A stretch of 64,000 nucleotides of DNA from assembly GCA_009885745.1 (NCBI GenBank), contig VFKC01000025.1, positions 88,415 to 152,414 on the forward strand, written 5' to 3'. How positions within the stretch are numbered: the first letter of the stretch is position 1; each line of letters opens with the position of its first letter. The DNA comes from Actinomycetota bacterium (GTDB lineage Bacteria; Actinomycetota; Actinomycetes; S36-B12; UBA5976). A program made the position numbers and the translations under genes. Shown here piece after piece: positions 20,084 through 28,718 of this stretch. The notes under the pieces were generated by a model that had not been told where the DNA came from, did no database searches, and saw only the letters and a program-made list of their open reading frames with translations.

Positions 20084-21033
20084 AGATTGTTCCTGTCCAT
20101 AGATTTGCGAATGATTTCAGTTACGGCAACTGCCAGACTCAGAGGTTCGATAACTTCAACATAGTCACAAACACTTGCCAGGTCGCGAGCTAGCACTATC
20201 TCATTTGAATATTCGATGTGAAGTAAATCATGGTCATTCTTCTCATCTATGTCTGTCGCTTGTAATCGCAGTAAACCTGCCCGGCCTTTTGTTGCTCTGA
20301 TTAGTGCGACTTGCTGATCTGTCTCGACTTGACGCCAGTGACTCACGACCTCAATTGCCGAAAAATCGGCCGGGATTTCGTTTGTTACATCTTGCTCGAG
20401 AATTGAGATCTGCGACTTGATTCGGTCAAGTTTATAAGTGCGACGCTCTTGACGATCATGGTCAAAGCCAACCAAATACCAATGTCCACCGGTCACGATG
20501 ATTCGCCATGGGTCAACTGTGCGACTTGCTATGTCATCTTGTTCGCGAGATTTATAGTCGAAGCGCACAACTTTTCGATTACAAATCGCTTCGAAAATCT
20601 CGTTCACACCATCTTTGCCGTTGGCCAAACCAAGGTGAAGTGATGTTGCTCGCTGGAATGGCGAATCGGTTAACCAGCCGAGCGCATTGTTGGCTTGGGT
20701 CGCAATTTGCTTATTTTTCCAGGCGTGTACGGCAATACTGAGAGTTGCTTGTTCGAGTTCTGAGATGTCTAATTCGGGAAGCAGCCAAGCGTCACGATCA
20801 ATTTTATAGCCGTCTTCATCATTGAAACCTGGATCAATTGGCTTAGTTTGCAGGGGTACATGGATGTCTCGCAACATCTTCTTGTCGCGCTCAAACATGC
20901 GATTGAACGCCTCAACACTCGCGCTGCGGTCGTATCCACCCACTCTGACGCGAATGTCAGCTTTTGAAAGTGGCACACGAGTATTGATAAGCGCAAACAT
21001 AAGGTTTAAAAGCCGTTCTGTCTGCGCCGACAT
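20080..21033 (-). CDS. pafB: HTH/WYL-domain regulator PafB
   Basis: N-terminal HTH (ERLLNLMFALI), a WYL region (GGHWYLVGFDHDRQERRTYKLDRI), and conserved synteny. Confidence 0.8.
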   Translation of the reverse strand: MSAQTERLLNLMFALINTRVPLSKADIRVRVGGYDRSASVEAFNRMFERDKKMLRDIHVPLQTKPIDPGFNDEDGYKIDRDAWLLPELDISELEQATLSIAVHAWKNKQIATQANNALGWLTDSPFQRATSLHLGLANGKDGVNEIFEAICNRKVVRFDYKSREQDDIASRTVDPWRIIVTGGHWYLVGFDHDRQERRTYKLDRIKSQISILEQDVTNEIPADFSAIEVVSHWRQVETDQQVALIRATKGRAGLLRLQATDIDEKNDHDLLHIEYSNEIVLARDLASVCDYVEVIEPLSLAVAVTEIIRKSMDRNNL

Positions 21034-21036
21034 AAC

Positions 21037-21396
21037 CTATGCAACGCCTAGTAGGTCAATGACGAAGATAAGCGTCTTACCAGAAAGGCGATGTCCCCCA
21101 CCAGCTGGGCCGTAAGCTAAAAGTGGCGGGATGGTCAACTTGCGACGACCTCCCACAGCCATGCCAGGGATACCTTCTTGCCAACCGGCGATTAACCCAC
21201 TGAGTGGAAATTCGATTGATTCGCCGCGATCCCAAGATGCATCAAATTGGTCGCCAGTTTCGTATTCAACGCCAACATAGTGAACCCGAACTTTGTCCCC
21301 TGGCTTCGCTACCGACCCTTCGCCAACAACGATGTCATCAAGCACTAATTCCGTTGGTGCTGGCCCTTCGGGAAAATCGATTTCTGGCTTTTCCAT
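21037..21396 (-). CDS. FKBP-type peptidyl-prolyl cis-trans isomerase (cytosolic)
   Basis: VHYVGVEYETGDQFDASWDRGESIEFPLSGLIAGWQEGIPGMAVGGRRKLTIPP...LIFVIDLL. Confidence 0.9.
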   Translation of the reverse strand: MEKPEIDFPEGPAPTELVLDDIVVGEGSVAKPGDKVRVHYVGVEYETGDQFDASWDRGESIEFPLSGLIAGWQEGIPGMAVGGRRKLTIPPLLAYGPAGGGHRLSGKTLIFVIDLLGVA

Positions 21397-21441
21397 TTAT
21401 GTTTCTCCTCTATGAACATGAAAGATTATTGACCAATTGAC

Positions 21442-21843
21442 TTACTGGAAGCTGACTAAATCGACCACGAAAATTAGCGTCTCGTTGGGTGCAATTGCTG
21501 AACTCGGCGGTGAACTGCCATAGGCCATCGCGCCGGGAATCACCAAGATTCGTCGGCCACCCGCCTGCATACCCAAAAGACCCTCTTGCCAGCCAACAAT
21601 GACGTTTGCCAATGGGAAAGTAGCAGGACTGCCAGATTCCCACGAACCGTCAAATTTCAATCCGCTCGCTGCGCCATAGCCGACGTAATGTGCAGTAACC
21701 GTTGATGTGGAGACTACAGCAGGGCCGCTGCCAACCGCTAAATCTTTTTGCAGCAAATCTGTCACTGGCTGCGCCTGGACATCTACTACTACTTTTGGCT
21801 CTATGCCAATATCACCGGAAACCGTAACTGGGCCAAGAACCAT
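21442..21843 (-). CDS. FKBP-type PPIase domain ORF (probably the C-terminal part of a split lipoprotein gene)
   Basis: AHYVGYGAASGLKFDGSWESGSPATFPLANVIVGWQEGLLGMQAGGRRILVIP...LIFVVDLV. No signal peptide is present in this frame. Confidence 0.8.
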   Translation of the reverse strand: MVLGPVTVSGDIGIEPKVVVDVQAQPVTDLLQKDLAVGSGPAVVSTSTVTAHYVGYGAASGLKFDGSWESGSPATFPLANVIVGWQEGLLGMQAGGRRILVIPGAMAYGSSPPSSAIAPNETLIFVVDLVSFQ

Positions 21844-21848
21844 ACCCC

Positions 21849-22004
21849 CTACCTGAGTAGCGGTGGCGTAGAACTAGGGGCCAGGGATTGTTCAACCTCG
21901 CTCGCTCCAGATTCTGATGTTAGGCCAGTCTCGCGATTTGAGAGTGAACAAGAGGACAGGGCAAGTGCGCACAGGGCGACGACAACGACATTTCGTTTTA
22001 GCAT
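21849..22004 (-). other. 51-codon ORF encoding a lipoprotein signal peptide plus S/T/P linker, out of frame with the FKBP ORF below it
   Basis: My manual reverse-complement translation is MLKRNVVVVALCALALSSCSLSNRETGLTSESGASEVEQSLAPSSTPPLLR*, with lipobox L-S-S-C. The stop TAG is at 21851-21849. The FKBP ORF is in the -1 frame, and that frame is open from 21873. Confidence 0.5.
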
Positions 22005-22081
22005 ATTTAAAGAATAGCCAAAAGAGAATTCAACCCATAAATCGGCGCGCAGACAAGAGCCGGAAAATCCAAATATTTTTC

Positions 22082-23458
22082 CTATAAATAGGCAATCAAC
22101 TGTTCAACACGCTCGTCAACAGACGCGAAGGGATCATTACAGATGATGGTTCGTTGCGTGGCATCATTTATTTTCAAGTGCGTCCAGTCAACGATGACTT
22201 CGCATCCTACAAGAGCCGCTTTCGCTATGAAATCTCCCCTCAACTTTGCCCTAGTCGTGGCTGGTGGAGTAGTTTTCGCCACGAGGACATCATTTGGCTC
22301 AGTTAACCTGCGGGCCTGACCGCTTGTCTCTAGAAGGCGAAAAATTCCACGATTTGGATTAGTGTCATGAAAACACAAATCGAGTTGAGCGATAACGGCC
22401 GAGTCCAGACTGAGATTGTGCTTTTGTGCGTAAAGGTTGATAAGCCTTTGCTTTATCGCCCAATCAATTTCTGTGTCAATCAGCGACGTATTATCAGTTG
22501 CTATTGCTGATAGGGATCGTTCCCATAATTCAAGTCCATAAATATGTTCTGGCGACAAAACGAATTGCTGACTGTCGACATAGTTCTTGACCAACTCTAG
22601 ATATTCCTGCGCTAACTCCAGTGCCGTAACAGTTCTGCCATTTGATTGCGTTAACTTTGCCCGACCCGTTGTGTCATGGGAAACATCACGGATTGCCCTG
22701 ATGTTGTTCTCAAGCGTTAGGTCACGCCTCAACTTTCCGGCCTCTAATACCCGCAGAAGAAGATCCATCGAGACAAATTTCACAAGTGTCGTGGGCTCTG
22801 CCATGTTCGAGTCGCCAACAATGACATGAAGTCTGCGATACAAATCGGAATCGGCATGGGGCTCATCTCTTGTGTTGATCATAGGGCGCGAACGCGTCGT
22901 CGAACTTGAAACTCCATCCCACATATGGTCAGCGCGCTGCGAGAATGCAAATTGCACACCTCTTGGGGTTGTGAGGACCTTTCCCGCGCCACAAAAAAGT
23001 TGCCTTGTTATCAGAAATGGCAAGAGGCTATCTAGTTGCCCCGCAAAATCGTTTCGCCGTCGTAGTAAATAATTCTCATGACTGCCATAGGAATTACCAG
23101 ATGAGTCAGTATTGTTCTTGAAAAGGTAGATCTCCCCTTTGACTCCCGCATCAGCCATTGCGACCTGAGCATCAGAAACCAAATCTTGCAATATCAGCTC
23201 TCCAGCACGATCTTGATTCAGCAGGTCCACAAGCGAATCACACTCAGCTGTCGCATATTCAGGGTGACTGCCAACGTCCAAATACAGCCGAGATCCATTG
23301 GACAGAAAGGCATTACTGCTCGAAGAAGCATGCCCCTGACGTGCGAATAAAAAGCGAGCTGTTTCATCAGTTGTCAGGGTTCGTTGTCCACTAGACATGC
23401 AAGTGAGACCAAATTCAGTCTCCAAGCCGAATATTCGCCGGACACTTTGATCAGTCAT
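22082..23458 (-). CDS. pafA: Pup--protein ligase PafA
   Basis: RRIFGLETEFG N-terminus, GSHPEYATAE, paralogous to Dop. Located in the pup locus. Confidence 0.92.
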   Translation of the reverse strand: MTDQSVRRIFGLETEFGLTCMSSGQRTLTTDETARFLFARQGHASSSSNAFLSNGSRLYLDVGSHPEYATAECDSLVDLLNQDRAGELILQDLVSDAQVAMADAGVKGEIYLFKNNTDSSGNSYGSHENYLLRRRNDFAGQLDSLLPFLITRQLFCGAGKVLTTPRGVQFAFSQRADHMWDGVSSSTTRSRPMINTRDEPHADSDLYRRLHVIVGDSNMAEPTTLVKFVSMDLLLRVLEAGKLRRDLTLENNIRAIRDVSHDTTGRAKLTQSNGRTVTALELAQEYLELVKNYVDSQQFVLSPEHIYGLELWERSLSAIATDNTSLIDTEIDWAIKQRLINLYAQKHNLSLDSAVIAQLDLCFHDTNPNRGIFRLLETSGQARRLTEPNDVLVAKTTPPATTRAKLRGDFIAKAALVGCEVIVDWTHLKINDATQRTIICNDPFASVDERVEQLIAYL

Positions 23459-23482
23459 GTCTTTGTTGCGGCGAGACTAACT

Positions 23483-23665
23483 TCATTCGCCACCCTTTTG
23501 CACGAAGTTATTGACGAACTCTTCGGCATTTTTCTCCAGAACACTGTCAATCTGATCTAAGAAATCTGAGAAATCGACAACATTTTGTTTAACTGCTGAA
23601 GTAGATTCGGGCTCGCCAATCGCGTTAGCCGCTTTCTTAGGATTTACAAACTCACTCTGCGTCAT
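23483..23665 (-). CDS. pup: Prokaryotic ubiquitin-like protein Pup (GGE C-terminus)
   Basis: 60 aa with ...[27 protein letters not shown]. It lies between dop and pafA. Confidence 0.92.
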   Translation of the reverse strand: MTQSEFVNPKKAANAIGEPESTSAVKQNVVDFSDFLDQIDSVLEKNAEEFVNNFVQKGGE

Positions 23666-23689
23666 GATTTCTCCGTGATTGACATGTAT

Positions 23690-25216
23690 TCAGACTATTG
23701 CAGTCTGGTTGTCTGCGCTCAAAGCCTTAAGAAAATCATGCAGATTGATATTCTGATCAAAGATGGTGCTGGTCAAATGCTCTGTCCCCTTTCGGGCATC
23801 TGGTGTCAATATTCGGATTAATCGTTCATCAAGACCAGATTCAAAAATTACTGAATCCCAAGATCCCGCGTGAATTAAATCCCCAAAGTGTTTTACACAT
23901 TGCCCGCGGAAATATGCTCTGGTATCTATTGGTGGATTCTCAACCGCGGCTGAAACCTGCGCTTCTGAGAACAAATAATTCATGTGACTGCGATTTTGTA
24001 GCATCAGCGCCAGGCCTTTGTCTGGACGTAAATCCGCATATTGCAAATCCACAGTAGCCAATCGCGGATCCAGCCAGCCTCGACCGTCACGCTGTAGATA
24101 GCCCTGCAAGATTGAAAGTTTTGCTATCCAATCAACTCTGTTAGCCAAGATCATCTTGTCGGTTTCCAGTTGCTTGAGAATTTCACTCCAACGCTCAAGC
24201 ACATCAATTGTCATATCATCGTTGATGTTGAAGTCTCTAATGAATTCTTGAGCCGCAGACAGGTAGATACGTTGAATCGCGATTGCAGAAAGATTACGCC
24301 CATCTTGCATTTTAAGAGTCGTGCTCAAATCCAAGTCGTGGCTGACTTGATGCATCGCTGAAACTGGATTGACTAGCGAAAGTTTGTCGTTTAAGTAATC
24401 CGCTTCAATCATCGACAAAACAATTGCGGTGATGCCCATCTTCAGATAGGTAGATTCCTGCGACATGTTGGCATCACCTACGATTACATGCAGCCGCCTA
24501 AAAATGTTTGCATCCGCGTGTGGCTCATCGCGAGTATTGATGATGGGACGTCGGACTGTTGTCTCCAACCCAACTTGCGCCTCAAAGAAATCAGCTCTTG
24601 ATGAGATTTGGAAACCTAGACTCCGACCTTCTTGACCAATTCCTACGCGTCCAGATCCTACGAAAATTGATCTCGTCACAAAAAACGGTGTTAAAAAATC
24701 TACGAACTTATCGAAGTCAACATCTCGTTGAACTTGGTAATTCTCATGAGTCCCGTAACTGGCACCTTTACCATCAGAGTTGTTCTTATAAGCGACAATT
24801 AATTCGCCGGTTAGCCCGCTTGCTAATTTGGCCGCCTGCGCCATGATTCGGTCCCCGGCCACATCCCAGAGCGCCGCATCCCATGGATTGCTAACCTCGG
24901 GCGAGGCATACTCAGGGTGTGCGTGATCAACATAGAATCTTCCACCATTGGGTAGAACAACGTTAGGCACACCATAATCAGAATCTGTAAGCAGTTCCGT
25001 GGACGCATCGGCTCGCTCTAGCGCATAACCTCTGGAGTCTTGCAGTGGGGTTTCGACATCATAATCCCAGCGCATTCGCTCTAGACGGTTTGGAAATAAA
25101 AAACTTGAATAGGCGTTGACCACTTGGGTTGAAAGTGTGACCGGATTTGCCTTTGGATTATTTGGCGCCAAAATTCCATACTCAGACTCCACACCCATTA
25201 TGCGATGAACGGACAC
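23690..25216 (-). CDS. dop: Depupylase/deamidase Dop
   Basis: RIMGVESEYGI, HAHPEYASPE and RRLHVIVGDANMS are the Dop/PafA-family signatures. The position after arc is conserved. Confidence 0.9.
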   Translation of the reverse strand: MSVHRIMGVESEYGILAPNNPKANPVTLSTQVVNAYSSFLFPNRLERMRWDYDVETPLQDSRGYALERADASTELLTDSDYGVPNVVLPNGGRFYVDHAHPEYASPEVSNPWDAALWDVAGDRIMAQAAKLASGLTGELIVAYKNNSDGKGASYGTHENYQVQRDVDFDKFVDFLTPFFVTRSIFVGSGRVGIGQEGRSLGFQISSRADFFEAQVGLETTVRRPIINTRDEPHADANIFRRLHVIVGDANMSQESTYLKMGITAIVLSMIEADYLNDKLSLVNPVSAMHQVSHDLDLSTTLKMQDGRNLSAIAIQRIYLSAAQEFIRDFNINDDMTIDVLERWSEILKQLETDKMILANRVDWIAKLSILQGYLQRDGRGWLDPRLATVDLQYADLRPDKGLALMLQNRSHMNYLFSEAQVSAAVENPPIDTRAYFRGQCVKHFGDLIHAGSWDSVIFESGLDERLIRILTPDARKGTEHLTSTIFDQNINLHDFLKALSADNQTAIV

Positions 25217-25225
25217 AGAAGATTC

Positions 25226-26860
25226 CTAGAGAACCGCAGATGTTGACGTATCAATCGTGCGACCCTCGGTTACACCAGTTTCAGTCTTGATAAGAGTACG
25301 CATGTATACGATGCGTTCACCCTTTTTGCCAGAAATCTTTGCCCAATCGTCAGGATTTGTAGTGTTAGGTAAATCCTCGTTCTCTCGGAACTCTTGATTA
25401 CAGGCAACAAGTAAGTGAAGTTCACGAATGCCAGGCTCGCCATTCACAAGTTGATCCTTGATAGCAAGTTTCTTTGCTCTGGCCACAATGTTTTCAATCA
25501 TGGCACCAGAGCTGAAATCTTTGAAATACAAAACTTCACGATCGCCATTCGCATAAGTTACTTCAAGAAAAGCACTGTCTGAAGAAGTGTCATACATGCG
25601 CTCAACAACTGAATCAATCATCAGGCGTATTGCTTCATCTAGATTTCCTTGAGCCTTTTCGATTTCATCCTGATGAATTGGAACACGAGTGTTTAAGTAC
25701 TTCGCAAAAATTTCTCGCGCAGCCTGGGCATTTGGTCGCTCGATCTTAATTTTTACATCGAGGCGACCGGGTCGCAGAATTGCTGGATCTATCATGTCCT
25801 CACGATTAGAAGCACCGATTACGATTACATTCTCCAGTGCTTCTACCCCATCAATTTCACTGAGCAACTGTGGCACGATCGTGTTTTCGACATCGCTGGA
25901 TATTCCTGTCCCACGAGTGCGAAAAAGAGAATCCATCTCGTCGAAGAAAACGATAACTGGGGTTCCAGTATTAGCTTTATCGCGTGCTCTTTGAAAAATA
26001 AGCCGAATCTGTCGTTCGGTCTCGCCGACATATTTGTTGAGGAGTTCAGGACCTTTGATGTTAATGAAGTAACTCTTACCGCTTCCGTCGGGATTGACCT
26101 CAGCGACCTTTTTGGCCAGGGAATTAGCAACAGCCTTAGCGATAAGCGTTTTTCCACATCCCGGCGGGCCATATAGCAAAATACCCTTAGGCGCCTTTAA
26201 GTCGTATGCACTGAAAAGATCTGCATGCAGGAATGGCAATTCCACAGCATCCCTGATCATTTCTATCTGAGTGCCAAGGCCGCCTATATCTTCGTATTGA
26301 ATGTCTGGGACTTCTTCGAGAACTAATTCTTCGATTTCTGATTTAGCAATTTTTTCAAAAGCGAACCCGGCTGAGAGGTCGCACAAAACACTGTCGCCTG
26401 GGCGAAGGTTCAAGGTTTGAAGTTGCGAACTCAATCGAACAACTTGCTCTTCGTCATTACGTCCTGAAACTAGTGCGCGGAATCCATCAGCGAGAACTTC
26501 TTTAATACTTACCAAAATCCCATGGTCAACCATTGCGGCCGCTAACACTATGTTCATAGATTCGTTGAGAATAACTTCTTGACCGACGAATAAGTCGGAA
26601 ACATTGACATCAGGGCTTAGGGCGACTCGCATTTTTCGACCGTTTACCGCGACATCATGAAAGTTATCCAGCGCTGCGCCAATGTAGATTGCAAAGCCAT
26701 TGGGTGGCGTACTTAATTTCTCAACTTCTTCACCCAAAGCAACTAACTGCTCTCGAGCTTCACGCAGGGTAATAGCAAGTCGTTGATTAGAATTTGTGAG
26801 TTCTTCAACTCTGGAGTTCAACGCATTTAATGATTCGGCGTTGATTGGCGATTCGCTCAC
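25226..26860 (-). CDS. arc: AAA+ ATPase ARC/Mpa (proteasome-associated ATPase homologue)
   Basis: N-terminal coiled coil, Walker A GPPGCGKT, Walker [10 protein letters not shown]. The C-terminus is ...DTSTSAVL. Confidence 0.9.
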   Translation of the reverse strand: MSESPINAESLNALNSRVEELTNSNQRLAITLREAREQLVALGEEVEKLSTPPNGFAIYIGAALDNFHDVAVNGRKMRVALSPDVNVSDLFVGQEVILNESMNIVLAAAMVDHGILVSIKEVLADGFRALVSGRNDEEQVVRLSSQLQTLNLRPGDSVLCDLSAGFAFEKIAKSEIEELVLEEVPDIQYEDIGGLGTQIEMIRDAVELPFLHADLFSAYDLKAPKGILLYGPPGCGKTLIAKAVANSLAKKVAEVNPDGSGKSYFINIKGPELLNKYVGETERQIRLIFQRARDKANTGTPVIVFFDEMDSLFRTRGTGISSDVENTIVPQLLSEIDGVEALENVIVIGASNREDMIDPAILRPGRLDVKIKIERPNAQAAREIFAKYLNTRVPIHQDEIEKAQGNLDEAIRLMIDSVVERMYDTSSDSAFLEVTYANGDREVLYFKDFSSGAMIENIVARAKKLAIKDQLVNGEPGIRELHLLVACNQEFRENEDLPNTTNPDDWAKISGKKGERIVYMRTLIKTETGVTEGRTIDTSTSAVL

Positions 26861-27756
26861 GGTAACTCCTTTTCCTTCTGTGACCCTAACTCTTCGATGC
26901 CTTCGATTGCACCTTTTGCTGGCCTAATTCGTCGTGGTGGTAAGACTGTCCCATCTGCAAGTCGTCTGGCCGTCACCAAGAAGCCGGTATGGCCCTGCAT
27001 TCTGTGGTTTGGTCGCACCGCGAGGCCTTCAACATGCCAAGGGCGTTGAATCAATTCTTGTGCCTGTGGATCGGTCCAGCGCTTGTCGGTTCGTAATTCC
27101 TCGACTATTCGAGACATCTGGGTTGTGGTTGCTACGTAAAAAATAGCAACTCCACCTGGCCGCAGCACTTGGGCAATGGCAGCGACACACTCCCATGGGG
27201 CCAACATGTCCAGAACTACTCGGTCCACACTTCCCGATTCAAGTTCATGCACTTCAGTTTGCAAATCACCAAGCGTGATGGTCCAATTTTCAGGCCGCGC
27301 GCGAAAGAAGTTAGTCGCGTTCTTCTCGGCGATTTTCGCAAAATCCTCGCGGCGTTCATAACTGTAAAGGTGACCATGTTCACCGATTGCCCGAAGCAAC
27401 GAACAAGAAAGTGCCCCAGAACCCACACCTGCCTCAACGACTATGGCCCCAGGGAAAATATCAGCAAAACCGACAATAGCTGCGGCATCCTTGGGATATA
27501 CGACCGCCGCCCCGCGAGGCATGGAAAGAACAAAGTCCATCAATAATGGGCGTAGGGCTAGGTAAACCATTTTGGCTGTCGATGTGACGGTAGAGCCTTC
27601 GGGTGAGCCGATTAAATCGTCGTGCTCAATAGCGCCGTGGTTGGTGTGAAATTGGCGCCCAGTCTCCAGAACAATCGTGTGATGCCTAGCCTTAACGTCA
27701 GTAAGTTGAACGCGGTCACCCACTTGGAAGTTTGCTGGATTTACCGTGGTAGACAT
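26857..27756 (-). CDS. trmI: tRNA (adenine58-N1)-methyltransferase TrmI
   Basis: SAM motif [12 protein letters not shown], TrmI-like N-terminal domain, 4-nt overlap with arc. Confidence 0.85.
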   Translation of the reverse strand: MSTTVNPANFQVGDRVQLTDVKARHHTIVLETGRQFHTNHGAIEHDDLIGSPEGSTVTSTAKMVYLALRPLLMDFVLSMPRGAAVVYPKDAAAIVGFADIFPGAIVVEAGVGSGALSCSLLRAIGEHGHLYSYERREDFAKIAEKNATNFFRARPENWTITLGDLQTEVHELESGSVDRVVLDMLAPWECVAAIAQVLRPGGVAIFYVATTTQMSRIVEELRTDKRWTDPQAQELIQRPWHVEGLAVRPNHRMQGHTGFLVTARRLADGTVLPPRRIRPAKGAIEGIEELGSQKEKELP

Positions 27757-27875
27757 AACGCTCCTTAGACCGCACAGAAAGTATTCTGCAGATTGATCAA
27801 TTCTGTCAGGTTATTAGTGTCCCGACCCACTCAAGGCAAGTAAACTTGCTACAACAACTGATCAAGGGGTAATGC

Positions 27876-28718
27876 GTGAGTGCATCGCAGAGGTTTCCAC
27901 AAAAGACAACCATCGTCATAGCTGCCTTTGGCGGCTGGAGTGATGCTGGGGAGACTGCCACCGACACGATTGAACATCTCCTTGAGGTTTGGGATTGTGA
28001 CGAGATTTTTGAGATTGCTCCTGATAACTACTACGACTACCAATTCAGCCGCCCAGAAGCGGCAATCGGTTTGACTGGTGAGCGAGAAATTATTTGGCCT
28101 GGTGCCTCGGTATACAAGACAAGTTCCGCCACACTTCCAGACTCAGAAATCTATTTAATCCAAGGTATGGAACCGAGTAAACGTTGGAAGCAATTTTGTG
28201 CCGAGATTATGAATGTAATTCCTACCGATCATGACACTGTCATCATCGGTTTAGGTGCGATGCTTGCAGATGTTCCACACACACGCCCGATACCAATAAA
28301 CGGGACGACCTCAAATCGGATTTTGCAGGAAGTCACAGGCTTTGAATCATCTAAGTACGAGGGACCGACCGGTATTTTGGGTATTTTGCAAGCAGAGTGT
28401 GACGCGGTAGGTATTAGTGGTATTTCCCTTTGGGCGGCGATTCCGCATTACGTCGCAAATCCACCTTGCCCAAAGGCCACACTCGCACTCATCCGCGGAT
28501 TAGAGGACGTTCTAAACACGAGCATCCCCGTTGCAGATCTCGTTGAGGAGTCTCGTGCATGGGAAACAGGCGTTGAAGAACTAACTAAAGATGACGATGA
28601 TATTGCCGAGTACGTGCGCAATCTAGAAGAGTCGCAGGACGCTGCTGAATTGCCAGAGGCATCTGGAGAAGCCATCGCCAAGGAGTTTGAGCGATACTTA
28701 CGCCGACGCGAAAGTTAA
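27876..28718 (+). CDS. PAC2 (proteasome assembly chaperone 2-like) family protein
   Basis: IAAFGGWSDAGETATDTIEHL, an acidic C-terminal tail, and a conserved actinobacterial neighbour of the pup region. GTG lies 6 nt after AAGGGG. Confidence 0.7.
   Translation: MSASQRFPQKTTIVIAAFGGWSDAGETATDTIEHLLEVWDCDEIFEIAPDNYYDYQFSRPEAAIGLTGEREIIWPGASVYKTSSATLPDSEIYLIQGMEPSKRWKQFCAEIMNVIPTDHDTVIIGLGAMLADVPHTRPIPINGTTSNRILQEVTGFESSKYEGPTGILGILQAECDAVGISGISLWAAIPHYVANPPCPKATLALIRGLEDVLNTSIPVADLVEESRAWETGVEELTKDDDDIAEYVRNLEESQDAAELPEASGEAIAKEFERYLRRRES

Noticed and set aside
27792-27864. Two TGATCA-containing palindromes and a TGTCAGGT-tat-TAGTGT element in the trmI/PAC2 divergent region, considered as a PafBC (RecA-NDp-like) site
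   Set aside because: Spacing between the TGTC core and the TAnnnT hexamer is about 5 nt shorter than the remembered TGTCRGTG-N8-TAnnnT consensus. Short 6-8-nt palindromes like these are expected by chance.
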